Positions 12,201-24,040 of a stretch of DNA of 64,000 bases are shown here, piece by piece. A program made the position numbers and the translations under genes. This stretch comes from Folioceros fuciformis. Taxonomy: Eukaryota. The notes below the pieces were generated by a model, which was given only the letters and a program-made list of their open reading frames with translations, did no database searches and was not told the origin of the DNA. The stretch lies in contig JBNGIO010006303.1 of NCBI GenBank assembly GCA_049999805.1, forward strand, positions 304,466-368,465, given 5' to 3'. Position 1 is the first letter of the stretch; the number at the start of each line of letters is the position of its first letter.

Positions 12201-13912
12201 TTCAGCTGCAGGTCGACATGCTTCGCCTGACTGTTTTTTTGCGGCACTCACTCTCAAAATGCCTTGGGATCTTGCACCAGTTGCATGGTCCTTTCACTCT
12301 CCAGGGACTGAAGGAATTATGTGGTATTGATTGTCCACAATAGGGGCGTCGAGGTGCAGAGAAGTATCCTCGGCCTCGACCCCTACCTCAACCATGAGAG
12401 GTAAACAACACATGTTGTTGATTAGAGGAGGAGGGTCTTCCAACTCCTATTCTGCTGGATTCCTCCTCCAACAAGGCACCCACTACCTCTGACAGAGTAA
12501 CAGTGGAGCCTAATTGTCGAAGCAAGGTAGATTGGGAGTTGACAAATGTCTGATAACTTGCTGGCAGGGACGTTAGAAGAACAGTGGCAGCCTTCAACTC
12601 AGTCAGGGTCTCTCCAGCAGCTACTAAACGTGCTCTCAAGGTCCGAAACCGATGAAGGTGATGTTCCATTGTTTCACTTTCTTTCATTCGAAGAGAATAG
12701 AAAATTCAAGTGGAGTTAATAAGTGACATGGAATCTTTAGCAGCGAACATGTCATGGAATACTTTCCAGACATCGTGTGCTGTGACTTGTCCTTGTGTAT
12801 GTTGCATCATGTTTTTGTCAAGTGCTGAAAGTAATATATTCCTTGCCTTTTTGTCTTTCTTGTGCCATGCTGCAATTACATTCACGACACTTCATCCTAC
12901 ATAAGGTGTTGGATTTGTGGTAGGGGCTGCAAGTGAACCGTCCACAATATCCATAAGCTCGTGCTCTTCAAGAATTGCAACCATTCACATTTGCCAGATT
13001 GCGAAATCGGTGCTATTAAACCTGTCCCTATCTTTGAAGTGGATTTTAATAGACATTTTAATAGTGTTAAGTGATGGTGCATTAGCTAAATTCTCCTGAA
13101 CGGGAGATTGACTCAGTGCTATGACATACTACTGTAGGTAACCAACTAAGAGGATACCATACAGGACTAATAGTTTTTAGTTGAAAAGTGTAGCAAGTCC
13201 TATGAGGACTAACTCTACAGGTTCAGGTATAGAAGAAAAAGAACTCAAGTTTTCTAGTTTAGGTAGGGGAGAATAAATCTTATCTGGAGTTGGAGAAGTG
13301 GAAGGCATGTTGCAAACATAGGAGGCAGATTGATCATTAAGTGTGACCATAAGTGTGCTTTGATGCGAGTGCCAGAAACATAGGTATGCACAAGTGTTGA
13401 CAATTGTTTGACGTTCTCTTCAAGTTGATTTATTTGTTTCCTAAGCAGTATGTTTTCAATTTTGATCCTCCGCTGGGAATCATGAGTATGTTCTTCTAAA
13501 GCCTGAATCTTATAGAGGATTGTTCTATATGTTTAGGCACTGAGTAAGCGACCTGTTTATGCTTTCTGAAGTGTGATTGATGATCCTGTTGCTTGGATAT
13601 ATGTGCAGGACAGGATTGTTCTCTAAAAGGGAGATAGGGGGTGTAGCTAGTAATAATGTGAGGTGACCTATGATCTACTTGGCATCTACAAGATCTACTA
13701 GAGCGATTCTTTGACATTGCTGTGCCAGGCTATCGTAAACTCGAAAGCATTGTAGGGTTAAGTGAGTAGGAATCCTGGTATGAAAAACTGCATAGCACGC
13801 CAATGGCGGTAGACAATTTGGATTATTCATCCAAACAAAAGGATGAGTGACTTAATGTCAAAGAATATGTCTCACACCAGCTCGCCAAGTAGCTGATCAT
13901 AATAATCTTGCA

Positions 13913-13924
13913 GCTCTAATACCA
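13913..13924 (-). promoter_or_regulatory. Primer binding site (tRNA-iMet) of element A
   Basis: TGGTATTAGAGC, one mismatch from canonical TGGTATCAGAGC, abutting the 5' LTR. Confidence 0.85.
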
Positions 13925-14155
13925 TAAACGATTGGAAGCGCACATCGCGACATGTAGAATGAGTAGTCTTGCCCCAGAGGCTGATGTGCTTGAGAAGACA
14001 ACGTTTTGAATCAAGAAAAGAAAATACATATACAAGGAAGTTGTAACTGTTTTGTAATTAGGAATTAATTTAAACTACTCGCTAATCCTGCTAGAATAAA
14101 CTTGCCGAATATTTCATATTTGGATTGAAATAGTGATATTGATAATATCTCAATA
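13925..14155 (-). repeat. 5' LTR of element A (231 bp)
   Basis: Direct repeat of 3144-3373, followed immediately on the minus strand by PBS TGGTATTAGAGC. Confidence 0.93.
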
Positions 14156-14626
14156 CTGATGGGCCACCACATTCCCCCAAATCTACCGGGGTTCCCTACG
14201 CTAGTCCATAGAGTAATAATAGGACCCTGTCCACTACGTGGTCCATCTTGGTGACCAAAAACCATGATAAGACGCATGACTCCCTTGATTTGCAAGTCCT
14301 CAATGTCATGGATTAACCACCCGTTGGTGGTCTTGACGAAGTTCGTTGTCAAGAGCACTGCTGCCGCCTCCTTCACCAACTCCTTATTCCGCTGTGAATT
14401 GAGGTAATACTCCGTGTTCTTCTGCCGGATGCTGGTAAACCTTCCGCATCATTTGAATGGTCCATAAGGTGGGATTATCCCGGACCTTGGAGGACTCTAG
14501 CTTGCCCTGAGTGCAGCGCCACAATGTTCTGGTAGATTCCTAGATGATCGCTGTCGAATGGATGGCCCAGGGAAATTGAAAAACCCCCAACTCCTATTGT
14601 TCCAGGAGATCAACTATCGCCGCCAT
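14156..14626 (-). pseudogene. 5' part of the TE accessory ORF (bryophyte retroelement-associated family), degenerate
   Basis: From ATG 14626: MAAIVDLLEQ*ELGVFQFPW...VRDNPTLWTIQMMRKVY...TTNGWLIHDIEDLQIKGVMRLI...GNVVAHQ. Same motif order as the copy at 18800-19450. Confidence 0.55.
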
Positions 14627-17349
14627 CTAGGGTGTAAAGTTGGGGTAGGAGTGAGTTTGAATATGGTCCTCGTTGATTCGCCAAGTATTGCCTACTTCAA
14701 GGAGTTGTCCTAGTGCCATGAGGAGTAGCTCTAGGAGTGAAGATGAGGATGAGCAAAAGCGCGTCGAAGTAGGGGTGAGAGAAATTGCCGTCATAGAAGG
14801 AAAGTAAGTGAGAATGAAGTAAGCAAGAAAACGGAGTGGAGGAAGTGGGAAGATAGAGGAGAGTAAGAGTACCGGAATGAGTCTCAAGCAAAGTAGTGGG
14901 AGGGAGAGGGAAGGTGTTGAGCATAGAGCGCGGCGTATGCTAGCGTAAAAACTTATGCTGGGGCCTACTGGTACGCCACAACCGTCTGGAAACGGCTACG
15001 CCCCCTGTCCTACATGATGTCAAGTACATGGATCTTGAACGAATCATGGTTGTTGTCAGTCTATCCATCAAGTGGTCGTCCAAAGGTCCGGCATATCTCC
15101 TACTCCGAAGAACTCGAGCTTGCTGAAAATAGCCTTTTATTCAAAAAAATAAATATCCCACGTACTCTAGAAACAGGTTCGACGAGCCATTGGAGTATCA
15201 CTCCGGAGATTATTTTTGGGCATGACACATATGAACAATAATATGTGGTGAAAAACCACTATCAAGCTAATGAAGCACCATAGCCGTTGAATGATCTAAT
15301 TGTAAAGGTTCTTGTAAAGAAGACAAAATAATGAAGTTGTAGTAAACTAACCAATGAAATGAAATTGGGGTAAGATATTTTGTAAATCACCATTGAGCAT
15401 CACAAACTCTTGCACCATCCCTATGCCAAGCTGTCATGTGCACATCCCTCCATAATGCTATTTGATGAGGATATTTCTATTGGGCTCGATGTTGGAGCGA
15501 GGATTCTCCTCTTCAATTGCTTTAGCAATCATGGACAAAAAAACAACAATGATAACACAATTGAGCAAGGGATCGTTTGAAAAAAAAGAATGTCTAGATA
15601 GGGAAGAAGAAGATAACATGGCTATAGATAATTGTAAAGGAGAGGGAGATATACATCTCATCATTGTAGAAAGTAAATAAATAAATAAATCATTCATAAC
15701 TATTTAAATAATTATGGATAAAAAGCCTACACATCTACACACCAAATGGCAAAGAAGGAAAGGTTGCAAAGCAAAATGCAAAGAGAGAGGGAAAGGTTGT
15801 AAAGCAAAATGCAAAGAGAGAGAAAAGAGAAACTCTACTTATCTAAAATGTGTGCAAGAAGGTGGCTTTACATATGTCTAGGCAATATTATGGAGAGGTA
15901 ATTAATATTAAATTAATATTAGCAATACTCGGCTGGGACGGAACGCCTATCTCAAGTTTGGTGCCTAGCCATTAAATGTAGGCCTACGTGGGTGAAACTA
16001 TGAGACACTGCGCGATGAAACCCTAATCGTGATCCATCACGACACTATCATAGTTTTTCTTTGTTTAGCCATCATAATAGTGACTATAATTGGGTTGTTC
16101 CTTAACCCACTTACATTGTGAAAGGTGTTTCACTCCCTCGCTTCCTCATGCGAGACCTCAGCCGTTGCCCCGCGCGCGGGGTGATGAAGGGCTTAAGCTT
16201 GCCTTGACGACTCTAGGGGTGTCAAGGAGGGTGTGGAGTGAAATTCTGTGTCTAGGGACACAATGAGGCCCACATTCACCCTCTATGTCATTATAGTCCT
16301 AGGATTCAATCCCAAGGGAATGGTTCATGCAAAGCTGTTCTAAATTTACGACTTCTAGACTATCTACTGTTAGTTCCTACCCAGGCCTACTCCCCCACCG
16401 TACCTAAGTCTACGACTGTTGTCCCTAACCTTGCCACCTTAGGGAGTTCATGCGGTAGTGGATTCCGCCACCGTGGTGGGCCCCACTTGTTCGGCGCACG
16501 CATGTGCCATGGCGCCTGGAGGGCATGGGGTTTCTGGCTGCGCCCGTGAAGGAGCTATGGCTTGTGCAGGCTAATTCTAATGCACACCCAGCCATTCTCT
16601 TGTTATTCTACAACCAGATCTGGTGGTTACAGATTGGTAGTTGCAGATTGGGGCCAGCCACATCGCAGCGCCTCTTTGCATCACTCACTCTCACTGTTTT
16701 CCCCACTCAATCTATCAGCAATCTTCCTCAGCACTTCTCAATCTCAGCCATACACACTTCTCATACACTCAATCTCCACTCAATCCATCTCCTAGAGCCA
16801 CACAAACTCCTTGCAGAAATTAAACACGGCTTGGCTAGACGACGGAGTGAGGAAGGGAAAAATCACAGCCGGATGGCTTCACAAGAGTTTCGTGAAACTC
16901 GCGCTCCCTCTCGGCTTTCTAGGGGTTTCGCGAAACTTGCATTCCCACCCCGACCTTCTACAGAATTTCTCTTCCTTATAGGTGCAAAACACCCATTCCA
17001 CTGGCCACACCAGACGCAGAGCTGATCACACAGCTCTCGACCACCCCAAGAATCTTCCATGTCCTCTTTTGACGAGGGGATAACATGCAAAATCAGGCCT
17101 CCATTGATCGGATGTCTCCAATCCACAGCGCACAAATTCAACGTACGGAAGTTCACGCTTGGAATTGTCCATCAAGAGGGACTCAACCCCATCCCTTATA
17201 CAGCCGGCCTTGGAGCGCCATTACTTCCGCAGCCTTTTAGAGTGTTAAAAAATAATTAAAGGTTCTTGGCACGTTTCTACAATCAACACTACTTGGTTCA
17301 TACTTTATGAATTGTTTTACTATAATAAAAATCTGACCTAGTGCCCATC

Positions 17350-19450
17350 TCCATTGCGGTCATCTTGGCCTCCATTCCCTTGGAAACCCTCTGGCCCTTT
17401 GGTCCCACCGCTGATCCGAAAGATCTTCCCATAATAGCTCTACCTCGCTCCCACTGTACACAGCCGTTTCCATTTGCCTATGGCTTCTCCTTGGTTCTTC
17501 ATCACTAGACAGCCACATCGTGTGGTCTTCCACCCAAGCCTGTACCTCCCTTTCGGTCATCTCCTGTAAGCTCACTTGTGAAGGGTATGCTCTAGCACCC
17601 GTTCGCAAGAACCAATGGTAACAGCCCATGACTATTAAAAACTACAGCCAATAGTTCCTGCCCCCTCATGTTCCAACCACCACATACAGATTTAGATTGA
17701 GCACCCGCTCACCATACAATTAGAAGCTAGGGACATGGGCATCCTCATCCCTACGTCGCAGCACAATAGGGCCCTCTCCTGGAGAGGTCCTTACCAACTC
17801 CTGCTGTGGACAATCCTAGGGTGGCTGCCTTCTGCATTCCACGGGAGTTGCGTGCTCCTCTGTCTCAGTCTCGCTGATAGCAGGCTCTCCTACTCCTGTT
17901 CCTCCTTCCGCCACGGTTGCTTGCTCAGCTACTCCGGTGCCCCGCTCCACAACCGTGGTTGATTCCACCACGGTGGTGGCTTCGGCCATGGCCGTAGCGG
18001 AAACTCTCCCCTTCTTCAACCTCATCGCCTCACTCTTAACCCTGGCCCTGGTCTTGTCCCGCTCTCTCTTATACCTCTCGGCTAGCTTTTTATATCTTTC
18101 CAATGTCGCCACTGGCACCCGAACTCTCCCTGCATTTTACCCAGTAATTCCTCACTTGCCTGCGTGTGTTCCTCAACAACTTTACTTCTGCCCTCCACCT
18201 CTACCAACCTAACCCTTTATAGATGCTCTTGTTCCTCCTGCATGCTGAGCCATGGCGGCCTGGTCGGCCTGTGTCTGAGCCATGATAGTAGTTAGTCCCT
18301 ATAAATCCAGGATTGGTGTGGCCCCTACGTCCATCCTTTTCCACAACTACTTCTTCACGTGGGCCACGCTTTCGGCCTCTACTCCTGCTGGGACGCTCAA
18401 AGACGTGGTCCAGAAAATATTCTTCCACTCCTCAGCAGCCTCTTCTGTCCCCGCTGGCCCTCCAGACCCAATAAGCCATGGCTCGTGATTTTTCCGCTCA
18501 GGATCAGGGTCAGCCTGTTTTCTTCCTCGCTCCTCTTGTGCTCCGACAACACCCCTGGACCTAGTGACTCGGGGCAAGGTTGTTGCTGCTTCCTCCTTTC
18601 TAGGCTCTTCCCTCTCTTCGCCACCCTTGTTCCATATGCTCTACCCTTCCTCTTCCTGGCCACCGTGAGCCCTTCCTCAGAATCCCAGGGGTAGTCAGGT
18701 TCCCAACTGCTAGAGTCCTCCCCCGAGACTTCCTTATGTTCACCTTCTTCCACCTTGACCTCTCGGACCGACTTCTAATTATGGAGGGAGGACACTACCT
18801 CCAACTCTGTCAACCACTTAGTGTGTGTAAAAAGATGAATAAAAAACGGCGAGATGAAGGAGGGACGGGGTGAAGGGGACAACAAATTGGCTTTCTCCTC
18901 ACAAGCCTGCTAAAAAATGATTCGGGTCCAATCCACCCGTGCCCCGCAGACTACCTCATGGAGAAACACCAAGAAATAGTTAGTCATGTGGTCTAACTTT
19001 TACTTTGTAGGAAGCATAAGACCCATTTGGCCAGCCCCACTAGCTACCCTAAATTTAGTTGTCGCACCACCCAACCATTGTTAGTCCTCGCTTCTCTAGG
19101 CCTTATGAGCGCAACTACTGTAGCTTTTAAAGGCTCTTTCCTCTGCAGATCGATTACTGCCCCTCCCCGCTCCGCCTTCTCTCACCCGTAAGCCTCCTGA
19201 AACAACTCTGGGCTCCAACTTTGGGCCTCTACCTCAAAGTTTCTTCGGGTCGTATGTTTCTCAGAAAACAGGCACACTCCTGCATCAGAACAGGACTGTC
19301 ATGACAGCACTTCTTGTCCATAAACCCAAGGCCTAGCTCCTACACTAGACCACCTGCTTTGATCTTCCAGTGGTCCATGTTGGGCCACTGGGCGGTAGAA
19401 ATCATTGTCTCTACCTAAGCTGCCATCACATGCCTGCTCTGGACCTAATT
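17350..19450 (-). pseudogene. Second degenerate copy of the TE accessory ORF, with low-complexity/coiled-coil tail
   Basis: Reads WSPELFQEAYG...RTNNGWVVRQL...ARVDWTRIIF...PSFISPFFIHLFTHTKWLTELE, then E/R/K-rich segments (LERYKKLAERYKRERDKTRARVK). Minus-strand TATATAAA near 19850. Multiple stops. Confidence 0.5.
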
Positions 19451-21954
19451 TCCCTTGGGTGCTCATCTTCCTTCCCTTGCCGCTCACTCCTTCTCTCCAT
19501 GTTGTCCCGGGCACCTCCGCTCTTCCTTTCGTCCAAGGTTCTATTCCGCACTCCATACTAATCCTGTCGCCACGCCGCTTACTATCTCCACCCAACCAAT
19601 GCTTCGCTTCCTTCCTTCTAGCTTCTCCACCAATGCGAAGGTTGCTCTTGGCCGTGGTGTCTTGCTGACACTCGCTTCTAGTTGCGCTCCGCAACTAATG
19701 GTTCCTTCACTTTTTAGCCACATCGAATCCGCCACTAGGGTTGTTGGCTCCGCTTTGGCCGAGTTTGTGTACTTTTTAGCCATCGTAGGGGTGCAAGCCA
19801 CCACCCCACCTGAACACACCACCGTGGTGGAATACACTCCCCTCCCCTTTATATAGGCTTTGGGTTATTCCAACTCACCAAGAGCAAAGGAGCTTCCTAC
19901 CCAGTCCATCCTTGTAGGTCATGAGCCGAGGACGAGTTATTGTAACAAAACAATTTCGCCATTGTCTAAGGAACTTCGAGCTCGGCCTCCCGCGATTGTC
20001 AAGACCCGAGGACCTGTTATTGGTTAACCCAAAACCATGCCGGAGAGTGAACTGCTATGAGCCAAGAAGACTCTTGGGAATAAAAGGAACCGCCCAGGCC
20101 GTATTCAATTACTCTTTCTTTCAAAACAGAAAATAAATAAATAAATAAATACTAAGTCTTGTTGTTTGATTATTTCGAGAGGAATCCTGATACCTACGCT
20201 CATCTACATAGTGCTTGAGCTTGCCTTGGTCATTCTTAAGAGCTGAAACCGTTGGTTTGGCAATGTCTCTTTGGCGAGGGGGGTTTCATTTGTCCTTGCC
20301 CCACCGCATACATGTGTGGCATGCAGACCCTGGCAAATCATTTTTTTCTAGAGGATTAAAGTCATTTTAATCTTTTTTCATTGTCTTAATGGTATTGTGA
20401 TGAGATAGTTTCTAATCCTATAGATGAATTGTATGATGAAATTGCATGAACGGTATACCATAGTAATATGCCATTTAAAATAGACAAATTAGACCATCAA
20501 AACTACACCCCATTGCATTATTCATCAGTTTCGTAAATCTTGGACTATTATGATCTCCGACTGTAGTTGAGTTTCGATGGATTGCATGGAAAGCATGTTT
20601 GTCCATAGAAATGGACTTGATGTTTGTTGTACCATTTGTTGCAACTTTTCATCCCATATTGTCTGCAAAATTTACACCAAACTATCTTAGTCTTAGCAAC
20701 GTACTGAATTCGTGGATACTTTTCTAGATATGACTCATGCCACTTCTTCGATGGTTAGGTTGTGTCTATTGCAACTTTCTCATTATCAGAGTGCTCCACA
20801 TTCTTTGATGCTTCATATGTAGGTCTTTTTTAGAGCCACTCGGAAAGACTTGATTGCTTAGACATCCATACAATCAATGGATTTGGTAGCAACTCATATG
20901 TAGCAACCTAATATGAAATGTAACATAGATAGGAAGCAAAAAGCATGTAGAAACACATATTTGAACTTGTAGCCTTAACCTACATTTGTAGAATAGGAGA
21001 GTCTTTATGTCTCATTACTTCTCGTTTAAATCTCATTGAAAGTTGTTCCCTGTAATCATACTACGAGTATTTTCTATTATTAAAAAAGAGATGGAAAGTC
21101 CCATGTGCTCCAAAGATTGGAGGAACACCTTGAGTAGGGGAAAAGGCTAAAAGGGGTACTAGTGCCTTCAAACATCATCCTTAAAAACTATCTACTTATC
21201 CGAAAATGTTATAATGTGGAATAACAAATGGCCTACCTACCACCGGTGCCGAAAAAAATGGCTTACCTACCACTGGTGCCGAAAAAGCTGCTTGATCTGT
21301 GCAAAGCAATACAATAGATATGTGCTATGGAAAGAAGATCACTACGAAGGAAAGAGGGAGAACACCACTCCTATGACCTTTTTTTTGTTTCTTTTTTTTG
21401 AAAAAAACTGCTTTTCTTCCCAGGTTTGGGGACAAAGTTGTTAAGAAACAAGGGCTTTCCTGAAAGTAGGAAATAAGAAAATGGATATTTCCTGAAAGTT
21501 TGTAAGGGAAAGGGCTTTCCTTAGGTCTGGGTGGCATGTGTTTTTTTTGCAAAGGTAGAGAGAGGGGTAAGGACGCTTTAGCATGTAAGAGGAGGGTTTC
21601 AGTACCTCCACTCAACTCATCAAACCATAAGCCTAAGCGCCTGTACTTTTCGGGTCGGGTCAGGTTGTATCCGCTGCCGTGCGCTTAGCTTGGCTTAGCG
21701 TGTCCGCTTTGTTGCATTGTCTTTGTTTGTGAGGTTCTTCCGGGAATGGTGAATGAATATTCTAGTAAATACCTTACGGGAAAATAATCGGTGATGTAGA
21801 GAGAGAGCTTTGGCCTCTCTGTACATATTTGTCTCTTCTGGCCAGCCACACAGACGGTGTTGGAACTACCGGCTTTAAAGCCTGGCACTGCTCCTGTCAG
21901 GCAGGCCAGTTGCGACACGGACGAGGAGTCGTCTTGTTGCTCCCGGAGCCTGAA

Positions 21955-23796
21955 ATGGGAAGCGGCCGGTATGCTATGTGTCTGCTGTCGCCGCTGCTGT
22001 TGCTTCTGGCTCTCGTAGCCTGTGGCAATAGCGAGAGTTTGGCGCTGGGCAAGGGTGCGGATTCCTGGCCACACCACCTGCGGAACGCTGTCCGGGCCGG
22101 CACGCGGCTGACGGGGAGACATGGAGAACTGGCGTCCCATGCGAAGGAGGCGGAACGCTTCTTCGAGGTGGCGAGGCCGGTGGATGTGCCAGCGGGAGTG
22201 AAGCCTTGCCGGGTCTTGCTGTTGCACCATTCCTTCGCCCACTCTTACGGGCAGCCTCCAGCGGAAGCGGAAGTTCGGATCCCAGAGCAATGCGGGACGC
22301 AGTGGGAAAGGGTGGTGCTGAAGTGGAAGGGCACATGCAAGGGCCGCCAGTTCGACCGTATCTCGGCGGTGTGGATCAACGGGGTGGAAATCTTCCGCAC
22401 CTGCACGGCGGAGCCCGTTCCGCAGGGGATTGTGTGGGAGGTGGAGAAGGACGTCACCCGCTATGCATCCCAGTTCCATGACTCTGCCCGCCTGGTGGTG
22501 TCCTTGGCCAACGTGGTTGACAGCACCTACACCGGCATCTTCGACATCACTCTGCAGGCCTGGTTCTACCCGAAAGCAGCGGCAGGTGGAGGAGCACAGC
22601 CTCCGGCGGGTCCCACGTCGAAATTCGGGGGCCTCCCTGACGTCATCATCCCGGTGGTGAGCATGCCGGACAAGCTGGGGGAGGGAGGTTACTTGCAGCG
22701 CATCGAGAATTCGTCCCACATCCTGTCTGTCCCGGTGGCCTCCATCCCCCGCAACACCTACCGCGCTCTCTTCGAGGTCTGCGTCTCCTTCCACGAGAGG
22801 GACGAGTTCTGGTACACCAACGCACCCGACGTCTGGATCGAGCACGCCAACGTCTCCGGCTTCCCAGGCAATGGCCCCTTCCGGGAGGTGGAGGTCAGAC
22901 TGGACGGGAAGGTAATCGCGGTTGTGTGGCCCTTCCCTGTGATCTACACCGGCGGAATCGACCCCTACCTCTGGCGCCCAGCAGCCGCAATCGGGGCCTT
23001 CAACCTCCCGAGCTACGACTTCGAAATCACCCCGTTCGTGGGCGAGATCGTGGACGGCGCCCCCCACAACTTCACCTTCTCCGTGCGAAACGCGCTCAAC
23101 GTCTGGTTTGTGCAGGGCAACCTCCACCTCTGGCTCGACCCCGGAGTGAAGCAGACCCGCGGGAAGCTGCTCCGACACTCCACCCGGAAAGCATCCCAGA
23201 AGCTGAACTCCCACGGCTACTCCGCCGGGCTGGACGGACGCTTCACCACCACCGCTTCCAGAAGGCTCGCCTACTCGGGGTACGTGGAGTCCTCGTACGG
23301 GACGGTGGTCACCTCCGTAGAGCATCGAGACCGGTTCCGCAATAACATGCGGTTCGCTGAACAGGCCAGTGTCCAGGTCGTTGATCAGGGCACGGAATCC
23401 AAATCCACTTACCTGACCAAAGAGGAGGAGAAGGAGACCCTGCTAGTGCACATCGCGCACTCCTTCCCGCTCCGGCTGAGGTATCGGGAGGAGGATGTAA
23501 AGGGTGGGGCGGTGGCCGTGTCCGTCAATCTGACCCACGCGTTCGAACGCGATCGAGAGATTACCTCCCCTGCATCCCCCGCCAAGACCGTCTTCGACTC
23601 GCTCCGCAACCAGCAAGATGCGTCCGCGGTTCTCCTGCTCTTCCCTAATAACACTAATGCAGGAGCGGGCGAGACGAGCGAACGGTACAATTTTCATGGT
23701 AGCTCAGGCTGCTTCGACAGGCGTGTAGTAACAAGCCAGTACGCGGTGTTGTCCGATCGTGTGGACACTCGCTGCATAAGCGTCGCTGCATTGTAA
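21955..23796 (+). CDS. Peptide-N4-(N-acetyl-beta-glucosaminyl)asparagine amidase A (PNGase A), single exon
   Basis: Signal peptide LLSPLLLLLALVA. Motifs HSFAHSYGQPP, GRQFDRI, RTCTAEP, WEVEKDVTRY, DEFWYTN, GNGPFREV, PFPVIYTGG, LWRP, GAFNLPSYD. First in-frame ATG at 21955 (ORF track starts at a TTG). Confidence 0.95.
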   Translation: MGSGRYAMCLLSPLLLLLALVACGNSESLALGKGADSWPHHLRNAVRAGTRLTGRHGELASHAKEAERFFEVARPVDVPAGVKPCRVLLLHHSFAHSYGQPPAEAEVRIPEQCGTQWERVVLKWKGTCKGRQFDRISAVWINGVEIFRTCTAEPVPQGIVWEVEKDVTRYASQFHDSARLVVSLANVVDSTYTGIFDITLQAWFYPKAAAGGGAQPPAGPTSKFGGLPDVIIPVVSMPDKLGEGGYLQRIENSSHILSVPVASIPRNTYRALFEVCVSFHERDEFWYTNAPDVWIEHANVSGFPGNGPFREVEVRLDGKVIAVVWPFPVIYTGGIDPYLWRPAAAIGAFNLPSYDFEITPFVGEIVDGAPHNFTFSVRNALNVWFVQGNLHLWLDPGVKQTRGKLLRHSTRKASQKLNSHGYSAGLDGRFTTTASRRLAYSGYVESSYGTVVTSVEHRDRFRNNMRFAEQASVQVVDQGTESKSTYLTKEEEKETLLVHIAHSFPLRLRYREEDVKGGAVAVSVNLTHAFERDREITSPASPAKTVFDSLRNQQDASAVLLLFPNNTNAGAGETSERYNFHGSSGCFDRRVVTSQYAVLSDRVDTRCISVAAL

Positions 23797-24040
23797 AACA
23801 GTTATTTGCTGTTTTCATCATCTTCCTTCTGGCTACCAGTATGTTGTATGATACACGCATCCGCCTTCATCCTCCGCACTCTGAGTGGAGGGAGAAGGCG
23901 TCAGTGAGCAGGTGCTGTCGGAACATGCCCAGTCCCAGTCTCAGATCTGGGGCTTGGTGTCATCGGAGCGCGGTCGGCCAGGCTCCGGGCCCTGCTGAAG
24001 GCTCCGGCGCTACTGCCATGGGAGGAAGCGCCGGGGTGTG

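Larger units (their letters stand above)
3144..14155 (-). mobile_element. Full-length but decayed Ty1/copia LTR retrotransposon (element A), interrupted by element B
   Basis: Paired LTRs at 3144-3373 and 13925-14155 (about 13 differences by eye). tRNA-iMet PBS at 13913-13924, PPT at 3374-3384, TSD CTTAT/CTGAT. Copia domain order: gag (12388-13308), protease WFLDSRATNH, integrase HSDVCGP, RT (KARLVAQG, HQMDVKT, LYVDD), RNase H (YSNADWAGD). Confidence 0.95.

Noticed and set aside
21685..23325. 546-aa minus-strand ORF
   Set aside because: Antisense shadow of the GC-rich PNGase A coding sequence, with no recognisable motifs.
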